From an uncultured delta proteobacterium (GTDB lineage: Bacteria > Desulfobacterota > Syntrophobacteria > BM002), in assembly GCA_963712115.1 (NCBI GenBank), contig CAVQGX010000003.1, positions 1 through 64,000 of the forward strand: DNA of 64,000 bases. The letters run 5' to 3'. Both the position numbers and the translations under genes were made by a program. How positions within the stretch are numbered: position 1 is the first letter of the stretch; every line of letters starts with the position of its first letter. The notes beneath the pieces are model-generated. The model ran no database searches. It saw only the letters and a list, made by a program, of their open reading frames with translations, and had not been told where the DNA came from. Shown here piece by piece: positions 18,207 through 29,624 of the stretch.

Positions 18207-18572
18207 CTATTCCACGTATTCGCGGATCTTTGCAAGCAACTCACGGGGACTAAAGGGTTTCGATACATAATCATCGCAGCCAGCCTCATAGGCCTTTACA
18301 TCATCACCGCTAAGGGCGTAGGAAGTAACCACGATGATCGGAATGTGTTGGAGGTCTGGGCTGGCCTTGATTCGGCGCGTGGCCTCGTATCCGTCGAAAC
18401 CGGGAAGCTGGATGTCCATGAGTATCAGTTCAGGGCGATGGGTCTCAGCCGCGGCCACCCCCTCTTCCCCGCTGACGGCCTCGATCACTTCATAGCCGGC
18501 GCTGGTGAGGAGATCGCGCATGATGCGCCGGTTATCCTCCTGGTCTTCTACCACCAAAATCAACTTGCTCAT
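18207..18572 (-). CDS. DivK-like single-domain response regulator
   Basis: [19 protein letters not shown] and KP. Confidence 0.92.
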   Translation of the reverse strand: MSKLILVVEDQEDNRRIMRDLLTSAGYEVIEAVSGEEGVAAAETHRPELILMDIQLPGFDGYEATRRIKASPDLQHIPIIVVTSYALSGDDVKAYEAGCDDYVSKPFSPRELLAKIREYVE

Positions 18573-20605
18573 CTTTGCTCCCTTTGCCTCTCAACTCGAA
18601 CCGGTAGGGTGAAAGAGAAAGTTGAACCTTTGCCCAGGGTCGATTCAACCCAAATGCGGCCCCCGTGCATTTCAACAATTCTTTTGGCAATGGAAAGCCC
18701 GAGGCCGGTTCCACCCTTTTTTCTAGTGCTGGAAGCATCCACCTGGTGGAACTCTTCAAAGATCCTCTGCTGATCTCCCTCTGAGAGTCCGGGACCTGTG
18801 TCAGACACGGAGACCAAAAAAATGTCGTTGGAAGCTGTCGCCTCAACCTCGACTTCACCCGCCTCAGTGAACTTGATCGCGTTTCCCACAAGATTCATGA
18901 GCACCTGGGATATACGCTGTTCGTCGCCCTTACCGCAATCCACCTCTGGAGATATTCTAACCTTCAATTCGAGATTTTTCTCCGCAGCCAGGGACTCGAC
19001 CGCAGTAACCACCGTCTGAACGACTTCTTTCATGGAGTAATCATTGAGAGAAAGGGTAAGTTGACCCGCCTCGATCTTGGAAAGGTCTAAAACGTCGTTG
19101 ATCAAGCTCAGGAGATGGCGCCCATTTTGTTCCACCCGCTCCAAGACCTCTTGAATCTGCTCGGGCACATTGCCGTAGATCTTGTCAAGGATCAGCTCCG
19201 TGTAGCCCAAGATAGCGTTGAGGGGTGTTCTAAGCTCGTGGCTCATGTTGGCGAGGAACTCGGACTTGTGCTTGCTGGCAATCGCCAGCTCCTGTCCCTT
19301 TTCCTCGATTTCCCGGAAAAGCCTCGCATTCTGGATTGCCAGGGCTGACTGAGTGGCGAAATTCTGCAGGAGGTCGACCGTTTCCTTAGCAAACTGCCCT
19401 ACCGCTCTGCGCCGAACCACCAGCCCACCAATGAGCCTGTCCTCGCGAAGAAGTGGAACGGCGAGCAATGCTCGGAGTCCATCCCGCTCGATGATCTGGC
19501 GAAGGGGGTAATTTGGTTCTTCCAGGATGTCCGGAATTTGTACCGCTTCACGCTTAACCCCCGCCCGGCCCAGGGCAGTCTCGCCCAAGTGGACCGGAGA
19601 CTGCCGGATCGCCCGGATGAGTTCCTCACTCATCCGGTGTGTTGCCCTGAGCTCGAACTGCTCGTTTGCCTCATCGAACTCATATATTGCCCCGGACTCC
19701 GTCTCTGAAAGTTCTACAGCGTGGGCAACTATGGTGGCGAGAACTTTCTTGAGGTCCAGGGTGGAGCTCACCGCCTGGCTGACTTCCCCCAGGGCTTGCA
19801 GTTCTTCTACCGACCGGGCCAGCTCCCGGGTGCGCACCTCTACCTTCTCCTCCAGAGTCCGGCTGTAGTCTTCCAGTTTATCCTTGCTCTCGCTCAGTTC
19901 TCCAAATAAGTGTTTGATCGATTCTCGCATGACATTGAGATCCTTCGCCAGGCTTCCGATCTCATCCTTACCAGTCGCATCAATGAAGGTATCTAAATCT
20001 CCTTGAGCAATAGACGTGGCCGAGATTTGCAGTTCTGATAAAGGGCGAGAAATATAGCGTCTTGTAATGCGAATGGTTGTTACTGAAATGCCTATAATTA
20101 TGAAAAGCGTTAAGTTAACAATTACACTTATATTTAAAATGAGTTGTTTTTTTATTATCTCACGCGACATGACGAGTTGTATCGTGCCTACTTTCTGTTC
20201 TTGGTAAATAATATCAGATGTTTTGGCGATGAATTTTTGAGAGGATTCAAAATATGCAAAATCTTTTTCTTGAAATTTATCACGCTTTTTTTCAGTAATG
20301 ACCAGATTTCCCCACAAAACTTTAGCATATACGATGGATTTATCTAAAAACAATGATTTAACAAAATCTTTTACAACATCGTGGTCAATATTCCAGAGTG
20401 GTAAGGGCAAACTTATCTCGGCGAGTTTCAAAGAGTTGTTCAACCTTTCTTCTAATTCACCTTCCGTCTTGGAAACATTGAAAAATATGGCGAAGGCGGC
20501 AAATGCCACCAACATCAAGGTCACTACGCCAATCAAGGCATAACTGAAACGACGGCTGATGCTTCTGACTTTTGGAGTAGATGGGGAACCGTTCTGCATG
20601 GACAC
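18569..20605 (-). CDS. membrane HAMP-GAF histidine kinase
   Basis: 2 TM segments, HAMP (DEIGSLA), [15 protein letters not shown]-box, GGTGLGL. Confidence 0.92.
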   Translation of the reverse strand: MSMQNGSPSTPKVRSISRRFSYALIGVVTLMLVAFAAFAIFFNVSKTEGELEERLNNSLKLAEISLPLPLWNIDHDVVKDFVKSLFLDKSIVYAKVLWGNLVITEKKRDKFQEKDFAYFESSQKFIAKTSDIIYQEQKVGTIQLVMSREIIKKQLILNISVIVNLTLFIIIGISVTTIRITRRYISRPLSELQISATSIAQGDLDTFIDATGKDEIGSLAKDLNVMRESIKHLFGELSESKDKLEDYSRTLEEKVEVRTRELARSVEELQALGEVSQAVSSTLDLKKVLATIVAHAVELSETESGAIYEFDEANEQFELRATHRMSEELIRAIRQSPVHLGETALGRAGVKREAVQIPDILEEPNYPLRQIIERDGLRALLAVPLLREDRLIGGLVVRRRAVGQFAKETVDLLQNFATQSALAIQNARLFREIEEKGQELAIASKHKSEFLANMSHELRTPLNAILGYTELILDKIYGNVPEQIQEVLERVEQNGRHLLSLINDVLDLSKIEAGQLTLSLNDYSMKEVVQTVVTAVESLAAEKNLELKVRISPEVDCGKGDEQRISQVLMNLVGNAIKFTEAGEVEVEATASNDIFLVSVSDTGPGLSEGDQQRIFEEFHQVDASSTRKKGGTGLGLSIAKRIVEMHGGRIWVESTLGKGSTFSFTLPVRVERQREQR

Positions 20606-20665
20606 AATCCTGTTGCTCTGGCCACAAATTGGCGAGGTCTTGGTTCAGCTATTGGTGGGTTGGTT

Positions 20666-21436
20666 TTAAAGTTTGTCTTCAAGCTCTGGAAATGGATGGT
20701 CTGGTAATTTCTTATTCCATTCCTTACGAATTTTCATCAATGTTCCATCGGCTAACATTTCATTAAAAGCATTTCTCCACTTTTCTACAATTGAATCCGA
20801 GGTTTTTTTCGAAAAAGCAATATCGAGGTTAATTTCCCGGAGATTGTAGACCTCTTCTATTTCGTTATAATCGACCCCGCCCAAATCACAAACAGTTCTC
20901 AATCCCGGTATTTTGTATGCCCACAGGTCTATCCGCCCGAGAACAAGCTTTTTGGCATTAAATTGTTCATCAGAAACAGGTTCGAGGTTGGTAAACCCCA
21001 GGCTTTTGAGCAAGCGCTCTCTTGTATCATCTCGAAGCGTGCCAATGCTTTTTACTTTCTTAGCATCTTCCAGACTGTTAATTTTTATACCTGATCCCTT
21101 TTTGGCCACAAGAATATCTCTTTTCGTTGCTAAAGGGCCAATCCATTTAAATTGATCATGACGCACTTCAGTATGAGTCATACCAAACAATACAACATTT
21201 TCTTGTTCCAAAGACATTTTGTAGGCTCTTGCCCAGGGGTAAACTTTGATCTCCTCATTAGACCCCACCCTTCTTTGAATTTCTCTTACTGTTTCAACTG
21301 ACGGCCCCACCAGTACTCCATTTTCTACATAATTCAAGGGGGGCATATTTTCTGTCAAAATAGTTAGTTCTTGCGACAGTGCAGGGTTAACTGAAATTAA
21401 AAAAGCCGACGCTGTCATCACAAATAGCTTTTTCAT
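20666..21436 (-). CDS. family 3 extracellular solute-binding protein
   Basis: Signal peptide; TENMPPLNY, YPWARA and FKWIGP; start chosen after a G-rich SD. Confidence 0.85.
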   Translation of the reverse strand: MKKLFVMTASAFLISVNPALSQELTILTENMPPLNYVENGVLVGPSVETVREIQRRVGSNEEIKVYPWARAYKMSLEQENVVLFGMTHTEVRHDQFKWIGPLATKRDILVAKKGSGIKINSLEDAKKVKSIGTLRDDTRERLLKSLGFTNLEPVSDEQFNAKKLVLGRIDLWAYKIPGLRTVCDLGGVDYNEIEEVYNLREINLDIAFSKKTSDSIVEKWRNAFNEMLADGTLMKIRKEWNKKLPDHPFPELEDKL

Positions 21437-21947
21437 TGGAGACCCCCCTTTTTTGGATCTGCATTTTATTCCTATAAATCCGAGATTCGAAATCCAAGCC
21501 ATAGGTGGTCCTGAAGCCTTGTCGGAACAGTGCACAACTAAAGGTATGTTCTCTCGAAAGTGAGGTAGAACGACAAATTGCAACTATTTTCAGGTTAATG
21601 CAACCGTATATTTCATGTCAATGAGAAAGGGTGGTGCTGTGGGTTGAAGCTCTGGGTTGAATTGGAAGGGGGACTTACATTTCGGCTGGACGTTTATCAA
21701 ATCAGCTCAGATATTATTAATTTCATTAATTAGCGAATATAGCTAAACTATACTATCTCGTCGTCGGGATGGGTTTTGAAAGTACTAGGCAGGTCAACCA
21801 GAAAAAATCCGGCACACTGGGTTTTTCAACCTTGCGGCTCGCACCTTCTTGGTGGGCCAGTGTGCAGGATAAAAAAGTGACTTCGGGTGATGAGATAATG
21901 GATTTTTTGACCTCTGCTTCTCACCCAGGGCTGCCGGAGATAAAGTT

Positions 21948-22400
21948 GTGCTAATCAGAGAAGAGATTGAGATCGCAGCCCCCATGCCCTTTGTCTGGGC
22001 TGTCTTTTCCGCTCTGGAAGAATGGGACGACTGGAATACCGCCTGTCAAAGCTGTCACCTCATCGAAGGCGAGAAAATGGCGGCGGGAGCATGTTTCTCC
22101 TTCGTGGTTAGGCCATTTACTTTGCCAATCAAAGTAAAGCCGCGCATCACCGAGTGCGAACCGGGACAGAAGGTCGTCTGGGAGGGAGAACGTCTCGGGA
22201 TTCACGCAGTCCACACCTGGACCTTTCGAGAGACTAATGGCAGGGTGACACTCATCAGCCACGAAGAGTTCAGCGGACCCCTTATCTGGCTGGCGAGATT
22301 AATCCTGGTTCCCAGACGTCTTCACCGTCTCACCAAGCAGCTCCTTGCCTCCGTCAAGCAAGAGGCTGAGGCCCGTTACCAAGCCCAAAAGGTATCCTGA
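21948..22400 (+). CDS. SRPBCC/polyketide cyclase family protein
   Basis: IEIAAP..VW..WDDWN pattern, HEEFSG. Confidence 0.8.
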   Translation: MLIREEIEIAAPMPFVWAVFSALEEWDDWNTACQSCHLIEGEKMAAGACFSFVVRPFTLPIKVKPRITECEPGQKVVWEGERLGIHAVHTWTFRETNGRVTLISHEEFSGPLIWLARLILVPRRLHRLTKQLLASVKQEAEARYQAQKVS

Positions 22401-22517
22401 CCAAGATTGTCTGGCTAGTAAGGCCATGGAAATTGGATTATTTTGACTGGGAGAGAGGGCTGCAGTTGAAGAAGTCCAAAAAAGCTCACTAGTTTTAAAG
22501 TATTCTCGCTATAGATT

Positions 22518-22700
22518 TTAGTCTACAACCTTGATATCCCCGGCGTATCTGCCCACCGTGGCATCATCAACACAGCTATTGAGCTCTTCTTCGCTGGCAT
22601 CTTTCGGGTGCATCAAGGAATCTAATGGACATAGCCAATCATTTCCAGCCGCATCCTTAACCCGTACGAAAGGTTTTCCCCGAACTGATTCGTCTGACAT
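22518..22700 (-). CDS. small hypothetical protein
   Basis: 60-aa ORF with strong AAAGGAGAG SD; DAAGNDWLCP..CVDD. Confidence 0.7.
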   Translation of the reverse strand: MSDESVRGKPFVRVKDAAGNDWLCPLDSLMHPKDASEEELNSCVDDATVGRYAGDIKVVD

Positions 22701-23044
22701 TTTTCTCTCCTTTCTCTAAACCTCTAGCTACCGAATAATCTGAAAAAAGATTTTTTTTGTTTTCCCAGATATCTAGGTTAAAAGTGCCCAAGAAACTAAC
22801 CTAACTCGATGCTTAAGTTGAAATCGTAAAATTTTCCATTTAGGTTAGGTTTAAGCTAAGTCACGCGATCTCTGCTGTCAACACAACTCATCAGCTCAGC
22901 CAATTTTATTTTCCTTTTCGTAACCTGAGCTGGCAGAATGCATCTGATGATTTAGTAAAGTAATCTCTCCAAAATCAACAAGTTCATTGCAAGCTCCTTT
23001 GTGAGTTCTTAGATTAGGTTTTACCCATAAAAAGGAAAATTATT

Positions 23045-24580
23045 ATGTCAAGAATAGTTATTCACTACATTTTTGCTGTGACAGTCTTGACTCTCTACGG
23101 CGGGCAGGTCTGACCCTTCATGGAAACACTACCCCCCGTGCTTTTGGGGGTAAGCCTTCTCATTCCCTTCATGGCGGCTCTGGCTGTGCGCAGGCCCCTT
23201 GAGAACCGCTTCGTAGTCTCCCAACCCCGGATTGTCCAGCCCAGAAAGCAGTTTTACCTTGATTTTACCCTGTGCCTGGCAGCTGGCTCTACGGTAGCAG
23301 TTTACAACTCGCTAGCTCATGGCTTCCCTGCTCCCAGTGGTATCAGCCTATTGTTGGGTTGTACCGTCGTCGGCTTCTTCACTGGTATGGATATGGCCTT
23401 AGCCAGAGAGCGCTCAGTCATACACGCTGCCCTTGCTGAAGACAAGGTACTACCGCCTCCAAAGCGGCTGTATTCCATGACTCGTAAATTCTCCCTGGTT
23501 GCCCTGACCGCCACCTTATTCGTTTCTCTAATCCTCGGGATGGTAATTGCCAGAGATGTAGTCTGGCTTGCCGAGATCGAACAGAGCGGTATGTCGGTCA
23601 TCCAGGCCCAATTGTCTGTCATGCGTGAAGTCCTCTTCATTATGGCCGTGCTCCTGGTGGCAATCGTAAATTTGATAATTTCCTATTCCAAAAATCTTAA
23701 GCTCCTATTTCAGAACGAAACCACCGTCCTGGAGAGGGTTAGCCAGGGAGACCTTTCCAAATTGGTGCCGGTGGCTACTAATGACGAATTTGGCTTTATC
23801 GCCGGACACACCAATACTATGATTGAAGGGCTGAGACATCGCACTCAGTTGATAACCGCCCTCAAGTTGGCCGAGGAGGTGCAGCAGAACCTCTTGCCGA
23901 GTGAGCCCCCCTCACTCCCTGGATTTGACATTGCCGGCACAAGCAAGTATTGCGACGAAACTGGCGGTGACTATTACGATTACTTCGAGTTTTCAAACGG
24001 CCACTTGAGAATTGTGGTGGCCGACGCCTCCGAGCACGGTGTGGGCGCAGCCATGCTCATGACCACGGTTAGGGCCCTTCTGCGGCAGAGGGTGACCATG
24101 GGGGGCGACATCGCTCGAATTGTCTCAGACGTCAACCTAGAGCTTGCCAGAGATGTTGGGGGTAGCGGACGGTTCATGACCATGTTTTTCCTGGAAATCG
24201 AACCTGAAAGTAACACATTGAATTGGGTTCGCGCCGGTCACGAACCGGCAGTCCTTTATAACTCTAGAGAGGATAGTTTCCTCGAACTTACCGGGGAAGG
24301 TATGGCCCTCGGGGTAGTCGAGCACTTGGAATTCCAGAAGTATACCCACCAGGGCTGGACTCCGGGCAGCATAATTGTGGTGGGCACCGACGGCATCCGA
24401 GAAGCCCAAAATGAGGACGGAGAAATGTTCGGCTCAAATCGATTCCGAGAGGCCATACGTAGTCATGCCACCGAGTCTGCCGAAGAGATCCAGAACCGTA
24501 TTATAGAGGAGCTCCAAATCTTTCAGGGAGAGGCGCCTCAAGAAGACGACATAACCCTGGTTGTGGTGAAACTTTTATAG
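23045..24580 (+). CDS. membrane HAMP-SpoIIE/PP2C phosphatase, candidate selenoprotein (TGA at 23111-23113)
   Basis: SD and ATG at 23045 in frame with the 23120 ORF through one TGA; GGDYYD, ADASEHG, TDG and DDIT motifs. Confidence 0.8.
23130..23152 (+). promoter_or_regulatory. candidate bacterial SECIS hairpin
   Basis: TACCCCC-cgtgctttt-GGGGGTA; loop starts 23 nt after the TGA, with G at loop position 2. Confidence 0.6.
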
Positions 24581-24596
24581 AGGTTGGAGGTAACAA

Positions 24597-25007
24597 GTGA
24601 AAAGGGTTCAAGTGGGAGTTGGCGTATTCGTCAAACGGAACGAGAAGATTCTGGTGGGTAAAAGAAAAGGCTCTCACGGCGCAGGCACCTGGGCTTTGCC
24701 CGGCGGTCATCTGGAACCCGGGGAGTCATTCGAAACATGCTGCAAGAGAGAGGTCCTGGAAGAGACGGGACTCATTATCAATAACATAAGCCCGGTGGTC
24801 TTTACCAACGATGTTTTTCACGAAGAGGGGTTCCATTACATTACCCTCTTTTTCAAGGGAGAATACGAGTCTGGAGAGGCAATTGTTGCAGAGCCCCGGC
24901 ACTGCGAGGAGTGGCGGTGGGTCTCCCTGGACCATATTCCCCAGCCTATTTTCTTACCACTTAGCAACGCCCTGAAAGAGATCGAGAGAAAACATTTGGT
25001 TTTGTAG
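24597..25007 (+). CDS. NUDIX hydrolase (MutT/NUDT15-like)
   Basis: GGHLEPGESFETCCKREVLEETG Nudix box. Confidence 0.92.
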   Translation: MKRVQVGVGVFVKRNEKILVGKRKGSHGAGTWALPGGHLEPGESFETCCKREVLEETGLIINNISPVVFTNDVFHEEGFHYITLFFKGEYESGEAIVAEPRHCEEWRWVSLDHIPQPIFLPLSNALKEIERKHLVL

Positions 25008-25093
25008 TTAGGGTAGTGAGATTTAGGGGGGAAAAACACTACTATCGAAATGAAAGTGTTTTTTCTACGAGTGGGTGGCGGATTGGAGGGAGA

Positions 25094-26011
25094 TCAGGGA
25101 GAGGTGATGAACTGAGTCTCGCTGACATGAAATTCATGGACGAAATCATTGTTCTCCACCTCATCCGACACACCTATGAGAAATGGAACCATGAGCCCTT
25201 GAACACTCCTGAGGTCACGGTAATGCAAGGTTCCCTTGTATGACTCAAACAGTGATCGGAGGGTAAAGTCAATGTAATCTACATAGTAAGTTTGCTGATT
25301 TATGTAGATTAAATACTGATTGTGTTCAGGCGAAGCTGAAACCCCGCCTGAACTTGCGAAAAGGACATAGTAAGCCTCATTTTCGATATTTTTCTCGCCT
25401 GCATAGAATAATACTGGACTTTCATACAATTTGTAGGGCCATTGGAAATAGTCCCTCAAAGGTTCCAAATAAAGCCTGATTTTCGAACTGTCAGCGAATT
25501 CCCTTTCTTGGTTAATAGCTCTGTAGGTTTTTCCATTTTCAACGCCAATATACTGTCCCTTTCGCTGACCGTTTAAAAAAAGGTAGTTAATTTCGTCCCC
25601 TGCTGTTGAAAACAAAACTTCGAATTTCTGTTCTTGCTCAGTTACGGGAGTAAAAAATCTCACTAAAGTCGAATGCCATAAATCAGTGCCCTTTAGGCGG
25701 ACAGAGTCGAATGATCTGTATGTGCTATATCCACCTCTTTCGTTCAAGGATTTCTCGAAAATTCTTATAGCCTTCTCTCGCAAGTCTGGTTGTGTGTCTG
25801 GATTTTTTACTTTGTCCGTAGACAGATCAGCAGTGCTGCAGCCGATAGCGAGAATCATGGAAGTAAATACAAGCAAGAATCTGCCGCACCGTTTCTTGAA
25901 AATTTTTCCCGAAGATCGAATCTTATTCATGGGTGAAAGAACCTGCCCCTCCTTTGTTTCATTGGGCCTGAGATAAGCTCTGCTGAAAGCATTGTCAAGG
26001 ATCTGATGCAC
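25094..26011 (-). CDS. hypothetical lipoprotein
   Basis: Lipobox-like LAIGC; true start probably downstream of 26011. Confidence 0.65.
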   Translation of the reverse strand: MHQILDNAFSRAYLRPNETKEGQVLSPMNKIRSSGKIFKKRCGRFLLVFTSMILAIGCSTADLSTDKVKNPDTQPDLREKAIRIFEKSLNERGGYSTYRSFDSVRLKGTDLWHSTLVRFFTPVTEQEQKFEVLFSTAGDEINYLFLNGQRKGQYIGVENGKTYRAINQEREFADSSKIRLYLEPLRDYFQWPYKLYESPVLFYAGEKNIENEAYYVLFASSGGVSASPEHNQYLIYINQQTYYVDYIDFTLRSLFESYKGTLHYRDLRSVQGLMVPFLIGVSDEVENNDFVHEFHVSETQFITSP

Positions 26012-26157
26012 AATTGCTAATTACAGTGTTTTCATTTATTAAAGAGAAGCTGATGCTAGCGCTTGAGTATGGGTTGACTGCATGGGAGATAAGCTTACCT
26101 TTAGAAGTGAAGACCGACTTGTCGGCTACTTAAAAGTTAAATTAATCCGGATATTTC

Positions 26158-26619
26158 ATGGCGAAAAACCACCAGTTCAAAACTTCTCTGACTCTACCCT
26201 TGGGTATTGACGAGGCTTTTAGCTTTTTTGTTGATGCCTCCAATCTCGAGAAGATTACGCCATCTGAATTGTGTTTTCACATTCTGACGCCACAGCCCAT
26301 TGAAATCACTGAAGGTACAGAGATCGATTACCGGCTGCGTCTGTATGGTGTGCCGCTTAACTGGCGCTCTAGGATAACCAACTGGTCTCCCCCACACCGC
26401 TTTGTTGACGAGCAGATTCAGGGTCCCTACAGGCTCTGGGTCCACCTGCATCGATTTTACCAGCAGAACGGTAGTACAAAGATTGTAGACGAGGTCCGGT
26501 ACCAGCTTCCCCTTTGGCCTTTAGGGGAGCTTGCTTATCCTCTTATTGCCGCCCAGCTCAGTAGGATTTTTCGCTTCAGAAAACAAGCCATAGGGGAGGC
26601 CATTCAAAAACAGTTGTAA
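26158..26619 (+). CDS. SRPBCC family protein
   Basis: NLEKITP and FVDEQIQGPYRLWVHLHRF. Confidence 0.85.
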   Translation: MAKNHQFKTSLTLPLGIDEAFSFFVDASNLEKITPSELCFHILTPQPIEITEGTEIDYRLRLYGVPLNWRSRITNWSPPHRFVDEQIQGPYRLWVHLHRFYQQNGSTKIVDEVRYQLPLWPLGELAYPLIAAQLSRIFRFRKQAIGEAIQKQL

Positions 26620-26656
26620 AAATTCTGGCTGGATTATCTAGAAAGGGTGAGAACAA

Positions 26657-27097
26657 ATGAAAAGGAGATATTTTTTTATGCTTGCCTTGACCTTTGTTTT
26701 GACGGCGTGCTCCACTGATCAAAGCATAAAAACCGTAGCAACTGGCGACAGGCTGTCACCCTGTCCCAAGTCTCCCAACTGCGTCTCCTCTTTGAGCGAG
26801 GATAAATCTCAACAGGTGGAACCCTTGACATACAGTGCTCCTCTTGATGAGGCGAGAGAAAAGCTCATCTCTGTGATCAACTCAATGAAGCGCTCTGAGA
26901 TTGTCACCGCTGAGAACAACTACCTGCATGCAACCTTTAAATCTTTTCTTTTCCGCTTTGTGGATGATGTGGAATTTTCTTTTGATGACGAAAGAAAGAT
27001 TATAGATGTGAGGTCGGCATCGAGGACGGGATATTCTGATTTTGGCGTAAACCGCAGTAGGGTAGAGGAAATAAGAAGAAGGTTTATGGCTCCGTAA
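26657..27097 (+). CDS. DUF1499 family lipoprotein
   Basis: CPKSPNCVSS, FVDDVEF and RSASRTGYSDFGVNR. Confidence 0.9.
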   Translation: MKRRYFFMLALTFVLTACSTDQSIKTVATGDRLSPCPKSPNCVSSLSEDKSQQVEPLTYSAPLDEAREKLISVINSMKRSEIVTAENNYLHATFKSFLFRFVDDVEFSFDDERKIIDVRSASRTGYSDFGVNRSRVEEIRRRFMAP

Positions 27098-27146
27098 ATG
27101 ACCAAAACGACCTTATATTCCAGTTCCAGTTGGACCCGCATTTTGC

Positions 27147-27422
27147 CTAGCCGGCCGGTGGGGCCCAGAAAGCTATTTCCGGTGCTTTGCCTGATACAAG
27201 CCAGGGAAACCGCCTCTCAAAATCTTCCAACCTTCTTTTGTAGTGATGCACCCTAACCCGCATGTCGCCATCATCGGGATCAGCTCGGAGGGCGGCCTCA
27301 GCATCACGCAAAAGTACCCTGAGCTCAAGGTACTCCCTCTCCACGTCTCGGACTTCCTTACGAAACTTGTGAATACGCTCTAGAAGCCATTCAGGATCAC
27401 TGTAATCTATGGGAACGGTCAT
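27147..27422 (-). CDS. hypothetical protein
   Basis: 91-aa ORF with AGGAGAAGG SD; helical composition. Confidence 0.7.
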   Translation of the reverse strand: MTVPIDYSDPEWLLERIHKFRKEVRDVEREYLELRVLLRDAEAALRADPDDGDMRVRVHHYKRRLEDFERRFPWLVSGKAPEIAFWAPPAG

Positions 27423-27587
27423 AACCTTCTCCTGATTTAATCACCTGCCCACCTGCTGGGGCGGTTGGCTAACTGCAATGCTGACTCTGTTGCAAGCCAA
27501 TCTTACTCCTATCCAGTTTATTACACCTGGTCATGTAGGAGCAACCTTTGGTTGCGATAAGAGAGATCGCAGAGCGCAAAGTGTTTG

Positions 27588-27753
27588 GTAAACAGTGAAC
27601 GGTAAATTGATTATGCGCTGGCTCCGCAACTGTTCACCTTTTACCATTTACTGTTTACTCTTTTCTTCGCTATGCGCCATGCCCTATGCTCTATGCGATC
27701 TCACCTGGCCCATCGAAGATTTCGCTATGCGGGGGAGGACCAGGTTTTCTATG
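27588..27753. repeat. heptamer-array inverted repeat plus CCTGGCCC/GGACCAGG element
   Basis: GTAAACAG...CTGTTTAC arms, tandem CTATGCG-like units, GGACCAGGTTTTCTATG. Confidence 0.6.
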
Positions 27754-27909
27754 ATTAAACAAAAAGCTCCCGTGACTGGTCAAGCAGCCTTGGGGAGCTT
27801 AAAAGGACTCGTGATTGGCGAAAAGTTGCCACTCTGGTTTTCTCGGCGTAAAGTGATTACTATGATTTTCAAGGGTGAAATTATCAGGTTTGTTTGAGGT
27901 GGAGGGAGA

Positions 27910-28824
27910 ATGGCTGAGAATCTCTTGTTTGCTGAAGATCTATGCAAAACCTTTAATGGCTTGAAGGCAGTGGATGGTATATCTCTGCAGATGTCCAGGG
28001 GAGAGTGCTTCGGCATCCTCGGTCCCAACGGCGCCGGAAAAACAACCACTGTTCGCATGATCTACGGGTTCAGCCCGGTCAGTTCCGGAACTCTCAAGGT
28101 CTTTGGCATGGACATTCAGAAGCACGCCCGGCTTATTAAGGCAAAAAGCGGTGTGTGCCAGCAAGAGAACAATTTGGATCCAGACCTCACCGTTTTTCAA
28201 AATTTGGTCACTTTTGCCAGCTATTTCGACATACCGCGAGCTACAGCCAGGCAGCGAGCCTCCGAATTGCTGCGTTTCATGCGCTTGGAGCATAAACAGC
28301 ACGCCAAAATATTGGAGCTCTCCGGTGGTATGCAGCGGCGACTGGTTATCGCCCGCGCCCTGATAAACAAACCTGAACTCCTTATTCTTGATGAGCCTAC
28401 CACCGGTCTAGATCCTCAATCCCGACATCAGGTGTGGGGGCGGCTGGCAGAGCTAAAGGCTCAGGGACTGGGTATTCTCCTCACCACTCATTATATGGAA
28501 GAGGCGGCACACCTTTGCGATAGATTAGTAATCATGGATCATGGGCGTATCTTAGTTGAGGGTGGACCACTGGATCTGATCCACCAAAATGTCGGAGCCA
28601 ATGTAATCGAGGTTGAGTCACCTAGTGAATCACTCCTGAATTTTGTCAAAGAGAGCGATCTGGACCACGAGGAGCTTTCCCATAGGTTGCTCATCTACAC
28701 CAGGGATGGTGAGACTCTCTTTCGCAAGATCTCTGAGGGTTTCTGCGATCGGGGTTGCAGCCTGAGAATGGCAACCCTTGAGGACGTCTTTCTAAAGCTG
28801 ACGGGAAGGGAATTGAGAGATTAA
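27910..28824 (+). CDS. ABC transporter ATP-binding protein (NodI-like)
   Basis: GPNGAGKT, LSGGM, ILDEPT and THYMEEA. Confidence 0.92.
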   Translation: MAENLLFAEDLCKTFNGLKAVDGISLQMSRGECFGILGPNGAGKTTTVRMIYGFSPVSSGTLKVFGMDIQKHARLIKAKSGVCQQENNLDPDLTVFQNLVTFASYFDIPRATARQRASELLRFMRLEHKQHAKILELSGGMQRRLVIARALINKPELLILDEPTTGLDPQSRHQVWGRLAELKAQGLGILLTTHYMEEAAHLCDRLVIMDHGRILVEGGPLDLIHQNVGANVIEVESPSESLLNFVKESDLDHEELSHRLLIYTRDGETLFRKISEGFCDRGCSLRMATLEDVFLKLTGRELRD

Positions 28825-29624
28825 TGGCTGTTAGAGAAATGAACTGGCTACCACAGATATCACCAAGATTTCGCCGCATACTGCAGCGAAACTCCCAGGT
28901 GCTTCGACGTACTTGGAAGGTAAACTTTTTGCCGCCAATCCTGGAGCCTGTCCTGTATTTGCTCGCTTTTGGAGCCGGATTGGGGCTACTGGTTGGGGAG
29001 ATGTCTTACCGAGGGGAACCTGTGAGCTACGTTGCCTACATCGCACCAGCACTCATTGCAATAAACATTATGTATAACGCCTTTTTTGAAAATACTTTCG
29101 CTTCATACGTGCGAATGTACTACCAGAAGACTTACGATGCCATCATGGCTACGCCACTCAACTTGGATGAGATCATCACCGGTGAAATTGTCTGGGGTGC
29201 AGTAAAATCACTAATTGCAACGATGCTCATGGTGGCGGTAATAAGTTTTTTTAGACTCCTCGTCTACCCCCAGGCCCTGTTGATCGTACCCCTTGCTTTT
29301 CTTGGAGGATTGGCTTTTGGCTCTGTGGCCATGTGCTTTACCGCCTTGGTGCCCCAAATTGAGGTATTCAACTTTCCCATCTTTCTTTTCATCACGCCCA
29401 TGTTCCTATTTAGTGGTACCTTCTTCCCCCTGGAGACCCTACCTCGCTGGGCTCAAGTTCTGGCCCAAGTTCTTCCCCTCACTCACCTTGTCGCCCTAGT
29501 GCGGGCTCTGGCCATGGGCAAACTGCAGGGTCAGCTCTTGCTGAGTCTTCTCTACTTGGTTCTCTTCTCGGCTGTCACTTTTATCCTGGCGATTACGCTC
29601 ATGAGAAGGCGGCTGATTATTTAG
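28824..29624 (+). CDS. ABC-2 permease (NodJ-like)
   Basis: EPVLYL and MFLFSGTFFP; multiple TM segments. Confidence 0.9.
   Translation: MAVREMNWLPQISPRFRRILQRNSQVLRRTWKVNFLPPILEPVLYLLAFGAGLGLLVGEMSYRGEPVSYVAYIAPALIAINIMYNAFFENTFASYVRMYYQKTYDAIMATPLNLDEIITGEIVWGAVKSLIATMLMVAVISFFRLLVYPQALLIVPLAFLGGLAFGSVAMCFTALVPQIEVFNFPIFLFITPMFLFSGTFFPLETLPRWAQVLAQVLPLTHLVALVRALAMGKLQGQLLLSLLYLVLFSAVTFILAITLMRRRLII

Noticed and set aside
22774-22860. DtxR/IdeR-like operator (TAGGTTA/TAACCTA repeats)
   Set aside because: Spacing does not match the 19-bp consensus and the region is AT-rich; support is too weak
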